Origin: a virus
DNA length: 64,000 nucleotides
IMG/VR virus record: IMGVR_UViG_3300033141_002294
Span: 4,482 to 68,481 of that record
Direction: 5' to 3' (one strand)
Of the stretch, positions 26,821-37,188 are shown piece by piece. Position 1 is the first letter of the stretch. Each line of letters starts with the position of its first letter. Under the pieces are notes generated by a model. The model searched no databases. It saw only the letters and a list, made by a program, of their open reading frames with translations, and was not told where the DNA came from. Position numbers and translations under genes: made by a program.

Positions 26821-27157
26821 GTTTGACCCTCCCGAATTCGGCGTTGTGTTTCGCCTGCCTCACTGCCGCCGGTGCGCCCTCGGGGTCCTGGAGAGAATGG
26901 AGAAGGGCTAGTGTGTTGAACAGCCCCTCCATGCTGCCAAACAGCCGCACCTCTCCAGCCGCCGGGCTGTATATCACGCCATACATCGCGTTCGCCAGGT
27001 CCAACGCCTGAAGGATGCGGCTGTAGCCCTCGGCCTGTGCGTCGACGTCCAGGTTCCACTGACCGGCTGCGGGAGCCGTCTCGTTGATCATCAAACAGGC
27101 GAGGTGTTGCAGGGCATCTCCTGTGCTGCTACCGGTATAGTGACGGTGTATGGTCAT
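26813..27157 (-). CDS. hypothetical protein
   Basis: GGAGG RBS; coupled ORF. Confidence 0.45.
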   Translation of the reverse strand: MTIHRHYTGSSTGDALQHLACLMINETAPAAGQWNLDVDAQAEGYSRILQALDLANAMYGVIYSPAAGEVRLFGSMEGLFNTLALLHSLQDPEGAPAAVRQAKHNAEFGRVKHA

Positions 27158-27573
27158 TTCGCCAGCACCTCCGGTGCTCTGTTTTTCAGGTACTCTGTCA
27201 GCCACTGCCGCGCCACCGACCATATCTGGTCGGACGGTGCTGGCTCTATGGGTACCCTAATCGCATACGCCGACGGGGCCAGCCACAGGCCCACCCCCGC
27301 ATCTATAAATGCCTCGCGCATCCTGGCGCTGACCAACCGCTCCGGCATGCACACAACAGAGTAGTCAACAGCCAGCAGATGGTCGGTAGCCTGCGCCAAT
27401 CCCCGTTTCCATGCATGCATTTTGAATTCTACTGCAACGTACCAGGGACCGCAGACCAATAGCATATCGATGCACCGAGACAGGCAGGGAACCTCCAGCA
27501 CACAGCGTACCCCCGCCGTGCGTAGGCGGCCGTAGATGGCGTTGGCGAAACAATGTTCGGGCCAGTGGATCAT
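27154..27573 (-). CDS. PD-(D/E)xK nuclease-like protein
   Basis: EVP..RCIDML..AVEFK..LAQA pattern. Confidence 0.6.
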   Translation of the reverse strand: MIHWPEHCFANAIYGRLRTAGVRCVLEVPCLSRCIDMLLVCGPWYVAVEFKMHAWKRGLAQATDHLLAVDYSVVCMPERLVSARMREAFIDAGVGLWLAPSAYAIRVPIEPAPSDQIWSVARQWLTEYLKNRAPEVLAK

Positions 27574-27790
27574 CGTCTAGTCCCCCTCAGGAACCCTTCG
27601 AACCATTCCTCGCGCCGCTGTATCGTCTCACCATTGGTGATGTCCACGGCGAGGATGTCCCTCGCCGGGTCGCTCCTCGGCGGCCGGGAGCCGAACGCCC
27701 AGCCGCCCAGCGCCAATTGAGTGTTCTGCCCCGGTGTGTACCGGCGGCGCTCTTGCGCATCGCCCTCCTCGGCCTTCTCCGCCCACATCC

Positions 27791-28645
27791 TCAGCCTGAT
27801 TTGCTGCGACACCAGCGCTCACTCCTCTTCGCGGCCGTCTCCTCACGGTAGCTGGATGCCGAGTTTCGTACCGTCAGACACTCGCCCATGAGCCTGTCGA
27901 CGGTGCGCTTGCTGATGCGCCACTCTAGCTCGTCCATGTCGGTGACATTTGAGGTGGCAATGATCGGGCGATTGCGGAGCAGCCGGGCGTTGACAATCGT
28001 GTATAGCCGTTCGCGCCGTTTGTCGGTAGGTTTGTCCGCCCCTAGGTCGTCCAGGATGAGCAGGTCGCAGTCGATCAGTGCAGCGTAGATGTCCGCCTCA
28101 TGCTCCCGCGAACCCAGCCGGTACGTTGCGTCCATACGGGTCCACAGGTCGGGGACCACCACCAGAACGGGCACGAAACCCCGCGCCCTAAGCGCGTGGT
28201 AAGCAGCGGCGACGAGGTGCGATTTCCCGTTGCCGGGCGGGCCAATCAACATCAGCCCCTCGCCCGTACTCATCTGCCTCGGCCAGCACGTTATGTACTC
28301 CCGCACTGCCCGTAATGCGTTCTCGGTGCCGGTTCGGGCCTCGAATGCATCCACGGTCATGTGCGTGTAGCGAGCCGGGAATTTCACCAACCCGAATTTC
28401 GCCTCAATCCTGCGCCGCCGCTCCTCCTCCGCCTGTCTCTGCCGCTCTTGTTCCTGCCTCTCAAACACACACGTACAGGTGCCCCGATAGGTGCGGGGCT
28501 CGCCGAATATCTCAGTCTCTATCGGGTTGACGGTCTGCCCGCAGTGTTCGCAAGTGTACGGTCTAGCCGATGATGAGGCGGTTGTACCGATTACCGCCGC
28601 CGTCTCGCTCCTCAGAATGTCGCCTACTCTCATCGGTTTTGACAC
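27791..28645 (-). CDS. DnaC/IstB-like helicase loader ATPase
   Basis: N-terminal Zn site, GPPGNGKS Walker A, LLILDDLG Walker B, TSN. Confidence 0.9.
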   Translation of the reverse strand: MSKPMRVGDILRSETAAVIGTTASSSARPYTCEHCGQTVNPIETEIFGEPRTYRGTCTCVFERQEQERQRQAEEERRRRIEAKFGLVKFPARYTHMTVDAFEARTGTENALRAVREYITCWPRQMSTGEGLMLIGPPGNGKSHLVAAAYHALRARGFVPVLVVVPDLWTRMDATYRLGSREHEADIYAALIDCDLLILDDLGADKPTDKRRERLYTIVNARLLRNRPIIATSNVTDMDELEWRISKRTVDRLMGECLTVRNSASSYREETAAKRSERWCRSKSG

Positions 28646-29504
28646 GGTTCCTCACCTCCTGTTCGCTTACATGGTTTCTGATGATGCCCCGTGTGTATCG
28701 TTCAGGTTTCTCCCTGTATGCCCGTAAGTGCCGGTTCACGCCGTACATCGCGGCATCCGATGGGAAACCCGACCAGTAGTCCATTTCGGTTGCGATGATG
28801 CGTGAGGAAATGGTCCCGGATCGTCGTCGTAATCGCTGGGCGTCCCAGTAGTCGGCTATTTGTTCTCGCTCCTGCTCCGAGTAGCGACTCCATGAGGTGT
28901 GACTCGCAGCAACCTGTGCAACGGCATCCCGGCTGCGGCAGGGGGGGGTAGTCTGGTCATCAGGTGGGTTAGGTGAGTCGTCGGACTCGGTTTGTAGCGA
29001 GTCCGACATTATATTAATATAGTCTCGTGTACGTGTACGTGTCTCGTGTACGGGTACGGGTACGGCAACATCTGCTGTCATTTGACAACATGTGCTGTCA
29101 TCTGCCGACGAATGACAACATGTACCGTCATTTGACGGCGAAGGATTTCCGTCATCGCTGTAAAGCACACCAGACGCGGGTTCCGGCCATTTCGATGTTG
29201 ATGATCTGCGGCGCTGATGCTTCTCCCAGCTGGTAATGTATAAATAAGGTTTCGAATCCACGATATACCTTGTAATGAGACCAGCCTTTTCCAGTTCACT
29301 CAACCAAGTCTCAATATCGGGCAGTGAGACTTTATCGACCATAGCAGTCATGCACTTGCCTCGCAGCGTTTTCATCCTGGCGTCGTATCGCCCGAAGTCG
29401 TCAGCCTGGACGACCAGTCGCCAAAACAGCCGCTCTGCCTCGGGCGAGATCGAGGCCAGTGTCTCAGACGTACAGATGCTCTCCTTTATACCCCTGTTCG
29501 GCAT
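28563..29504 (-). CDS. phage replication initiator
   Basis: MPNRGIKESICTS..ADDFGR wHTH N-terminus; internal iteron-like linker; upstream of the DnaC-like gene. Confidence 0.85.
   Translation of the reverse strand: MPNRGIKESICTSETLASISPEAERLFWRLVVQADDFGRYDARMKTLRGKCMTAMVDKVSLPDIETWLSELEKAGLITRYIVDSKPYLYITSWEKHQRRRSSTSKWPEPASGVLYSDDGNPSPSNDGTCCHSSADDSTCCQMTADVAVPVPVHETRTRTRDYINIMSDSLQTESDDSPNPPDDQTTPPCRSRDAVAQVAASHTSWSRYSEQEREQIADYWDAQRLRRRSGTISSRIIATEMDYWSGFPSDAAMYGVNRHLRAYREKPERYTRGIIRNHVSEQEVRNRVKTDESRRHSEERDGGGNRYNRLIIG
29005..29160. repeat. putative replication origin (iterons) inside initiator gene
   Basis: Repeated (c/t)gtcatttgac and tgacaacatgt units, gtacg(g/t) hexamer run and AT-rich attatattaatata. 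Confidence 0.65.
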
Positions 29505-29755
29505 TTACAACCCTCCCGAGCAAGGCGGGCCGGGGCCGGGACACGGGATGCACCCCGGCCCACCTGGCCTAACTCATGCGCTCAATGCCTCCTGTTTAGC
29601 CTGCCGGTACAAGCCGTCCAATCTGCGTCGCGCCGCTTCGAAGCACAGCAAGGCAGCATCCAGCGCCCCGGGATCGTTCGGATCGGCGAGGTCTACGGCA
29701 GACTGTGCATCGTGCATAGCCTGGATAGCAGCACGCCATTCTTGCATCCCGCCAA

Positions 29756-30448
29756 TCATACGCTCAGCCCCTCCTCTAACCACCACTTAGGCCGCCCGCA
29801 CGTCATGTCGCCTTCAGAACAGCTACCCCGCGCACAGGCGGGACCTGCGCTTTCGAACAACACCGGGGCCACCGATCGGGCCTTTTTCAACATGGACCAG
29901 GCCAGGTCGCGGATCTCCCATTGGGCGCGGCGGCAACAACGCACGGAAAAGAAATGCAGCAACTGGCGGGCATTCATCGTGAATACAATTGGGCTGAGCG
30001 CCGCACCCGGCAAGAGGTAGCGAGCATCCTCCCGTTCGATGCCCATGGCGATCAATTCGGTGTACACCCGGCGGGCCTGCTCCAGGAGCTCCCGACACTT
30101 GTCCCTGGCCCCAGGGTCGGCGACTATGCTCGGGGGGAGCCGCCATTCGGCCCTATCCATGCTCACATAGCGTTGGCTCTGGTGACTGTATGACGCTATG
30201 CGGTGGCGCACCAGTTGATGGGAGCAAACACGACTGACAGCCGCAGAGAAGGTGAATCCGACATGCTCCAGCGGCGACAGGTGGCGTTTGCGAATAAGTT
30301 TGCGAATGAGATCATGAGCTTCCTCCACCTGCAGCCCGGCCATCAACTCACTGACGCCCCGGCGAGAATAACAAACGCGAGCACTGGCCGCCACCGTTAG
30401 TTCAGGATCTGGTGAAAAAGCAACCAGGTTAGCCTCTATCGGTGACAT
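29756..30448 (-). CDS. thyX: FAD-dependent thymidylate synthase
   Basis: HLSPLEH, HQLVRHR..SYSHQSQRY, EDARYLLP and AQWEIR motifs. Confidence 0.95.
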   Translation of the reverse strand: MSPIEANLVAFSPDPELTVAASARVCYSRRGVSELMAGLQVEEAHDLIRKLIRKRHLSPLEHVGFTFSAAVSRVCSHQLVRHRIASYSHQSQRYVSMDRAEWRLPPSIVADPGARDKCRELLEQARRVYTELIAMGIEREDARYLLPGAALSPIVFTMNARQLLHFFSVRCCRRAQWEIRDLAWSMLKKARSVAPVLFESAGPACARGSCSEGDMTCGRPKWWLEEGLSV

Positions 30449-30755
30449 GTTTTTCACACCCCCCGTATTTGGGTCATTCATGGACCGCCGGTCGCCGGAC
30501 GAACCAGGCACACTCGCCAGCCGCTGCCCGTGCGCCATACTTCTAGATAGTCGAGATGCCCGATAACTGCCACTAGGCGGTCGTTACACATGTGTTCCCG
30601 AGTGTGCTTGTTGGCAATCGGCCTGAACAGGGACAATGGCATCTGAGCACAACCACGCCGGATAAACTCGGCGATGATCTGGTCCCGCAGGCGATCCAAA
30701 ACCACTACTGGCTGCCGGGTTAGTATGTCGATGATATGGGAGTAGTCGTTGTCCA

Positions 30756-31310
30756 TCATCTCATCACCTCCCCGCACTCGTTCCCCCACGCCGACCAACC
30801 GGATACCCGGCGGCGGGCAAACAACTCCAGCCTCGGACCGGGGCTGACCTCCTCCGCAATGGAGTAAATGGCATCCGGCTTGCGGCTATGCTCTAGCCGG
30901 GGCGCCCAGATGATGGTTGTACCCTGCGCCCGCGTACCATCCTGCCGCATCCGGTAGGGCGGTGTAGTATGGCGCGTCACGGCAAACAAACAATGCTCTG
31001 ACTTACCACGGAAATACTGGCCGAGTCCGGGGCCACCGGATTTGACCCAGGTGATAACTGTTACGTACCGGCACCCCCAGGCCCTGACGACCTCAAACGC
31101 CTGCTCTAGGTGGTTGTTCGTGGTCCACAAGTACAGGTGCCCTCCCCGCGGCGACCACAGGTCTTGCACGGGCAGCGCGGCGATTTCCTCAACGGGCATC
31201 AGCGGGTAGTGCTTGTCCGCTCCCCGCTTGCACTTGCCGCCTCCACGCTCGGGCCAGGGAGGGTCGGCCATGATGGTCCCCCACCTGTCGGTCGCGGGCC
31301 AGCCCATCAT
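30756..31310 (-). CDS. MT-A70 family adenine methyltransferase
   Basis: ADPPW, LYLWTTN, TWVK, EHCL, HSRKP and ELFAR motifs. Confidence 0.92.
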   Translation of the reverse strand: MMGWPATDRWGTIMADPPWPERGGGKCKRGADKHYPLMPVEEIAALPVQDLWSPRGGHLYLWTTNNHLEQAFEVVRAWGCRYVTVITWVKSGGPGLGQYFRGKSEHCLFAVTRHTTPPYRMRQDGTRAQGTTIIWAPRLEHSRKPDAIYSIAEEVSPGPRLELFARRRVSGWSAWGNECGEVMR

Positions 31311-31487
31311 CCCACCACCCCCGGCGTCTCGAAAACCTCGAACTCCCAAATGCTATCCCTGCAAAATGCTTCAGCAGCAGCCTCGGCCTCCTGCCGTGTT
31401 GCAAAGGTCTCCTCGGACTCTTCCTCCCCGCCCCCGAAGCATCCCTCGGGATCAAGGCCGCAACAATCAGGGCACCAGACGCGGTAT

Positions 31488-32654
31488 TTATAGGGCATTC
31501 CCTGCGGCCTCCTCTTGTCCGTGAGCCTCCGGCATCTGGTCCCACACCCGGCCGTCGAGTTCGCGGCCGTTGTGCTTCTTGCCCTGCTGGTACATGGTGC
31601 AGAAGGGCTGACCGAGAACTACTCTGCTACAGGGGGCCGCGAAGTCGCGCACCGGCCCCCACTCTCCCCACTGCTTGAAAAAGAACGGCACCCCTGCAGA
31701 CTGGCACTGCGCCCTGAGCGACCGCGCCCATTCGGGATGCATCGGTCGTGCGCCCGGGCCGGACTCGCCCCCGCAGACGACCCAGTTGAGGGCAGAAGTG
31801 CCCGGGGGCATCACAGTGGCAGACGGGGCCTGATACGACAGGCCAACCTCTGTGCAGTCGGGATCATGTTCCACCGGCCTCTCAGGAATTGCCCGATAGG
31901 TATGTCCGAAAGGGTATACGAAAGCGAACGTCGCAGCCGCTTCCTTGTCCGTTGTCAGGTAAACCTTGTCCGCCTTTTGCGGGCCGTTCGGGCAGAGTTT
32001 TTCGGCGTATTGCAGTAGGGTCGACTGACCGGTGACGCTGGGCGGCAGTAGTCTATCGCCACGCTCAAGTCCAGGAACGCCCCCATGGTAGTAACGGTGC
32101 AGGTAAGGGGTCAAGTCCACCGGCCCAAGCATCGGCTCCACGCTGACCCAATGCACCGCTGCCGGGATGTCCAACAGGATGGGGATACGCTTGTCCGCCT
32201 GCTCCTGGTTCTCGGCAGTCACACCTAGCCAGACGTTGGGGAGGTGGCCGTGTTTGCTGAGGAACCCGCAGCCCGGCGGGTCTGTGTGCCAATCGTAGAG
32301 TAGGTGACGGATGTTCTCCGGTCTCTTGGTGAGCAGGATGAAGGTATGCTGGTTGCAGCGTTGCATAACGTGGTAGATGCGGTCGACCCACTCCGCCTGG
32401 ATGTCATCATGGAACAGGTCGCCCATCGAACACACGAACACCCGCCTCGATTTCCGCCACTTCATCGGCTCCTCCAGCCTGTCCGGGTGGAACGTAACCC
32501 GGAAGGGGTCATCCGTCGGGTAGCCGTACCGACCACGCAACCGCTTGGCCGTCCTCGCGGCGTAGCAGTTCTGGCAACCCTCCGAAATCGGGGAACACCC
32601 GGTCACAGGATTCCACGATGCATCCGTCCACTCAATCTTGCTGTTGGCGCTCAT
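31488..32654 (-). CDS. DUF5131 (phage Gp37/Gp68) protein with inserted Arr-like ADP-ribosyltransferase domain
   Basis: IEWTDASWNPVTGC..GC.NCYA, SMGDLFH, LLTKRP, SVEPMLG and WVVCGGESG motifs; insert YYHGG...VYLT...EHDPD. Confidence 0.85.
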   Translation of the reverse strand: MSANSKIEWTDASWNPVTGCSPISEGCQNCYAARTAKRLRGRYGYPTDDPFRVTFHPDRLEEPMKWRKSRRVFVCSMGDLFHDDIQAEWVDRIYHVMQRCNQHTFILLTKRPENIRHLLYDWHTDPPGCGFLSKHGHLPNVWLGVTAENQEQADKRIPILLDIPAAVHWVSVEPMLGPVDLTPYLHRYYHGGVPGLERGDRLLPPSVTGQSTLLQYAEKLCPNGPQKADKVYLTTDKEAAATFAFVYPFGHTYRAIPERPVEHDPDCTEVGLSYQAPSATVMPPGTSALNWVVCGGESGPGARPMHPEWARSLRAQCQSAGVPFFFKQWGEWGPVRDFAAPCSRVVLGQPFCTMYQQGKKHNGRELDGRVWDQMPEAHGQEEAAGNAL

Positions 32655-32944
32655 CAGATATCTCCTTTATTTTGGCCAGCCGCCCTAGCCATGCTGACCA
32701 TGTCCTGCCCCACTCGTATGAGTGATTGTCCGATTCGGCCCTCATCGCCCCCACCGAAGAGGCAGTGTAGGCTGTAGGTAGCTGCGCACTTGGTACAGGC
32801 CAGACGCACTGCGCCATTAATAACCCTCACCCCGAGTAGCCCATTACAGACCGAGGGGGGTATCTCCCAGATCTCAGGGTGTTGTGCGCCCTCCCCATAC
32901 TCCCACTCGGCATGGACTGCGCTACACCGCAGGTGATCAGTCAC
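32654..32944 (-). CDS. small Zn-binding protein (paralog of 32941..33219)
   Basis: Shared MTD.LRC, C.G.L, L.CTKC and GRIGQ.L..G..MV motifs. Confidence 0.6.
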   Translation of the reverse strand: MTDHLRCSAVHAEWEYGEGAQHPEIWEIPPSVCNGLLGVRVINGAVRLACTKCAATYSLHCLFGGGDEGRIGQSLIRVGQDMVSMARAAGQNKGDI

Positions 32945-33219
32945 TCCGCATCACCCTCCTCGTCATCCGCCATGATAGCCTCGGCGGTGGCGTACCCATC
33001 GCCATATGCAGCCTCCCGCACCATCTCCACGCCCAGGTTGACGAGGGCTTGCCCAATGCGGCCACAGTGCGACAGGTCGCACAGGCCCATTAACTCGTAC
33101 TCCACGCCGCACTTGGTGCACCGGAGCGACAAGCTGCCGTCCTCGATATAGAGGGCAAGACGGCCGCCGCACTCGTGGTCCATGTACGGCTCGTGGTCAC
33201 ATCGCAGGCAGTCAGTCAT
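32941..33219 (-). CDS. small Zn-binding protein (paralog of 32654..32944)
   Basis: Same motifs as the paralog. Confidence 0.6.
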   Translation of the reverse strand: MTDCLRCDHEPYMDHECGGRLALYIEDGSLSLRCTKCGVEYELMGLCDLSHCGRIGQALVNLGVEMVREAAYGDGYATAEAIMADDEEGDAE

Positions 33220-33699
33220 CTCTTATCACCTTCCCCGGCCATCCGAGGTAGACCCGCTTGTGGCCGGTGTTGATGTGGATAATCCGCCTCCGGGGTACTC
33301 ACTCCGACCCCTCCCCCTCCAGCGCCGCAACGAACCGCTCAATGGCCTCCAGGACCTCGGCGCGCTGCCAGTCCTCAATCTCGTAGCACGAGACGTTTAC
33401 AGTGCCAACGTCATCTGTGCCACCGAAGGACAACACGCATGCATCGTCCAGATCGTCGAGCAGGTAGTCAACGGCCTCGGCCAGTTGCTCGTTACTCAAC
33501 CGCCCCAGCCTCTCACTCATCCCCGCCACTCTCCTCAACCCACACTATCAGCATGTTTCTGGCCTCTGGCGTAGGGGCTGCATAACTGTGGCCACACTCG
33601 CAGTAGGCGGCGATTGCGCCGCCCTTGAGTTGCCACAGCAGCACCTTACCACAGACGAGGCATCTATCATTGCGCAGGACCTGCTTGGTGTACAGCCCC

Positions 33700-34176
33700 T
33701 TACTCATCCCCACCACTCCCCTCCGGCGTGTATACCCATACGGACTTGGGATTGTATTCCTTGCCTCTCTGCCACCCGCCACCGGCCTTGCCGCCGCGCA
33801 CCGTGGCTGCCCTCTTCCATCCGTCAAACCTGTAGATGTCTCCGCTGTGGCGCGTACTGTCCGCATACGCCACCAGCGCCCTCACGGGCCAGTAGCGGGC
33901 CGACCATACACCGGGAGCAGTCACCCGCCACAGGCGCAGGGCGACACGGGTCAGGTCCCGGTGGTCCGGGTGGGCACACAGCCGGGCCAACTCAACGACC
34001 TCTTGCCGGTCGTACCCGGCACAGCGGGGGTTGGGGGTGCTGGCCGACACGGCGACAGCGACCGGATCGTCGCCGAGGTGGAGGCCGAATCCCTGCCGCC
34101 CGAAGGGCCGGTTGCAGCCCCCCAACCAGTGGCCCCACTGCTCCAGGCACTGGTCGGCCAGGGCGGGTTCAACCAT
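33700..34176 (-). CDS. Mom-like GNAT-fold DNA modification protein
   Basis: VVELARLC..LVAYADSTRHSGDIYRFDGW matches the Mom-family ELxRL / SYAD..H.G.IY...W pattern. Confidence 0.7.
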   Translation of the reverse strand: MVEPALADQCLEQWGHWLGGCNRPFGRQGFGLHLGDDPVAVAVSASTPNPRCAGYDRQEVVELARLCAHPDHRDLTRVALRLWRVTAPGVWSARYWPVRALVAYADSTRHSGDIYRFDGWKRAATVRGGKAGGGWQRGKEYNPKSVWVYTPEGSGGDE

Positions 34177-35380
34177 CCCTCACCGGACTAGGGCCTGATG
34201 ATTCCACGCCTGTTGCACCAGCATCCCCGGCACTCCCCTCCAACGCCCGCCTACCGGCGGGGGTGATGCGATAGCCGCGCGCAAATGACAACGGTTCCAC
34301 CAACCTCCTCCTGCGGAGTTGCCGCAGGGCGCACAGCATCGGGCCGCGTCCCGGCAATAGCCGGATGGAGCAGAGGGCAATCTTCGACGCGGCGCCGCCC
34401 TCACCGCCCAGAAACTCCAACACCTGCCGCTGGTTCGGCGTGAGGGTCATTGTCCCGCCTCCTCCGCGACGGCTTCCCCCAGCGCCGCCTCGCCTGCTGC
34501 GGAGAGGTAGTAACGGATTCCGTCGCTGCGACTGACGGACGACAGGTAGCCCTTTACCTCCAGGATGCGGAGGAGCCAAGCCTCGGTCCACGACAACGAC
34601 GCCCTGTATCCGCCAGACTTGTCAATGGCGGCCATGAGCCCCAATTCGGGCGCACGTGCGCGCCGCTCGCGGATGGCCGCCTCCCGCTCAGCGGCCTCGG
34701 CCAGCCGCTCCTGGGCGCCGATGAGGGCGCATCCGTCCTGAAATGCCATACAGGAGGGCAGACAACTCTGGCCAGACCACGGACACCGTTGCGTATGGAG
34801 CGCAATCCCTTCACTCACCGGTCTCCGCCTCCTCTCCCTGCCAGACACATTCCTCGCAGTTCCAATCCAGACACAGAGGGCATATCGCGGCATATGGAAG
34901 CTTGTACGTCTCTCCGCTGAGGGAGTTGTACTCCCACTGGTCTTGGGGCAATTCGCGCTGCGTACCCGGCACCTCGACCCCAAGGCAGTCGACAGCCTCG
35001 CGTGCGCCATTGTATTCTGACAGGACATCCCACTCTCGGAACGCGCTGTGAGGTATCATTCATACCCGCGCGGGATGCTCCCCGCAGTTCCCGCAATACC
35101 AACGGCCACTCATCCTCCAACCTCCTCTCCCCACTGGAGGACCCGGCCATCCTCCAGCATATCTGCCGTGCCGTCCAGGTCGCCGAGGCAGAAGTCTTCG
35201 CCCTGCTCCTGCATGGACCACAGCAGGCCCGGAGTCCGTCCCTTACCCGGCTCCCGGTGGAGGGCATAACACAGGTCCCCGTCGCCCGAGACCACGCAAT
35301 GGGCGGGTATCGGATCGCAGATGTCGTCGGGGCCTGCCACCTCTTCGCACCCCGGGCCACCGGGCACAACCCACACGCGT

Positions 35381-35779
35381 TCAGGCATCGCTCTTGGCCT
35401 CCTCCCTCTTAATCAGTAGCAACAACCGACACAGGGCGACGGCGAGGGTGGGGCCGGTGGCCTCCCTGCTTGTCCCGCGCAAGCCTGCGCGCCATCCAAC
35501 GACCGCGCCTCCACGTATGGCCTGCGACATAAACACTGGCCACTTAGTAGCCCACTCCACCTCGGACAGGATGGCGTCGACGGACTGGTGATAGTACGGG
35601 ACCTCTTTGGCCCCGTCAGCCTCCGAGTAGTAGTAGGCATCGCCCGCATACAGGTAGTCGCGCAGGGACATGATGTAGGCCGGTGCGGTCTCTGCGGTTA
35701 CCCACTCCACCGCGTATCCCAGCGCCTCCTGCACCGCAACGTCCAGTTCCCGGCCCTCCAGGGTCTGGGGGTCAGTCAT
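35381..35779 (-). CDS. phage ABA-sandwich-like protein
   Basis: [33 protein letters not shown] pattern. Confidence 0.6.
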   Translation of the reverse strand: MTDPQTLEGRELDVAVQEALGYAVEWVTAETAPAYIMSLRDYLYAGDAYYYSEADGAKEVPYYHQSVDAILSEVEWATKWPVFMSQAIRGGAVVGWRAGLRGTSREATGPTLAVALCRLLLLIKREEAKSDA

Positions 35780-36599
35780 TGTCGGCAACCTCCTCCGCCT
35801 GCTGGCGCAAGCGCATGTAGTCGGCCTCCTCGCGGGGCTCAAACACCGCAAACCTGCCGTCCACTGGCCCGACGGGCCAGTACCCCATCTGCCACACTTC
35901 CATGAGGGGCTCCCAGGGATTAGGGTGCGGAAGCCGGTCGGCCACGACGAGCCAGGCGGCACCCAGGGCGGCAGCCCGGGCGGCACCCCAGGCGGCAGCC
36001 CGGGCGGCCACGACGGGCCAGGCGACATCCCCGGCGACATCCCGGGCGGCATCCCAGGCGGCAGCCCGGGCGGCATCCCCGGCGGCATCCCAGGCGGCAT
36101 CCCCGGCGACAGCCCGGGATGAGACCCACTGTACAGGCACCGGCTGTGCGCCGTACGGCTCCAGCCGTCGCAGGTGCTCTGCGACCAGGGCCTCCACCCG
36201 CGCACGGTCGTGCGCCGGAGGCGCGAGCCAGGGATGCCCGGGCAGGGCCGCGATAAACTCCACCACCTGTTCCCCCTGCGGGCCGAACGCCTGGGCCAGC
36301 GGCAATTCCTCCTCGGCGCGGAGGCGGCGGACGCGCCATTTGTCGTCGCCCTCGATGATTATGTCCTCCAGGGCCGCCGACACCCGGAGCAACCGCAGCG
36401 GCCAGTGGTGGCCCCGGGACGCCAGGCCCGCCTGCTCCATGCGGGCGATGTGGAGGCCCGCCTTGCACAGTCCGGCCTCAGCGGGCGCGGGATTGGGGCA
36501 GGCCGCCTCCCGGCCTACCTCGTACTGCACCGTGCCGCTCCGGCAGTCGGTGTAGTCGTCCCGGACGATTTTGTACCCGGTGATGCGGTCGGTCATCAC
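35772..36599 (-). CDS. phage protein with Ala-rich AAWDAA repeat
   Basis: GYK..QYEVG..C..GLH..K.RVRRL N-terminal domain; 12-nt tandem repeat at about 35955-36118 encodes (AA(W/G/R)D)n. Confidence 0.7.
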   Translation of the reverse strand: MMTDRITGYKIVRDDYTDCRSGTVQYEVGREAACPNPAPAEAGLCKAGLHIARMEQAGLASRGHHWPLRLLRVSAALEDIIIEGDDKWRVRRLRAEEELPLAQAFGPQGEQVVEFIAALPGHPWLAPPAHDRARVEALVAEHLRRLEPYGAQPVPVQWVSSRAVAGDAAWDAAGDAARAAAWDAARDVAGDVAWPVVAARAAAWGAARAAALGAAWLVVADRLPHPNPWEPLMEVWQMGYWPVGPVDGRFAVFEPREEADYMRLRQQAEEVADND

Positions 36600-36813
36600 T
36601 CCCCACCCCCATGCCGCCGCAGGAACTCAAGCATCTCATAGCCCCGCTCTGACGGGATGCAGCCCCTGCCCTCGCACCGCCAACACTGTGCTGCCACCGG
36701 CTCTGGGTTGCCGTCGCAGTCCGTGCCGGTCTCTGTTATGGTGCCTGTGCCTTCGCAGACGGGGCATGGAGCCTCCAGGCCGAGTTCCTGTTCGTATTCC
36801 ATGGTGCTGCCCA

Positions 36814-37188
36814 TCACTGTCCGCCCCCAAGCCCCGCCACTGAGGCCAAAATGTCCTTGACGGCGTAGTACTCGGGATTGACCAGCCGAGGCACGCCCCC
36901 GGCTGCGATTAGCAGCAGGCAGACAACGACGAGTGCGAGGAACAACCAGACGCCGAAGGTCTGATTTTCGATGTCCTCAAAGGCAGGCTTGGTGATACCC
37001 ACCAGCACCGCAATGACGACCAGAGCGGCAACGCCTGCCAGTGCTGTTTGCAGTAGGCCGACGATCCAATGGTGCCGGACCATGACCCCAAACAGATGGG
37101 TTGCCGTCGTGCCGAACTGAGCCGCCAGCACGTCCAGGACCTGACGCACCTGTTCGGCGAAATCGGAACTCAGATGTATGTCCATCAC
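36814..37188 (-). CDS. membrane protein
   Basis: Two TM segments and C-terminal LVNPEYYAV. Confidence 0.55.
   Translation of the reverse strand: MMDIHLSSDFAEQVRQVLDVLAAQFGTTATHLFGVMVRHHWIVGLLQTALAGVAALVVIAVLVGITKPAFEDIENQTFGVWLFLALVVVCLLLIAAGGVPRLVNPEYYAVKDILASVAGLGGGQ

Noticed and set aside
29025-29160. Short direct repeats as a CRISPR-like or novel array
   Set aside because: Their position in the linker of the replication initiator next to an AT-rich tract fits ordinary origin iterons.
35955-36118. 12-nt GC-rich tandem repeats as a possible CRISPR or guide array for the Csf module
   Set aside because: The period is a multiple of 3, there are no unique spacers, and the repeats encode the common phage AAWDAA/AARAAA tract inside ORF 35772..36599.
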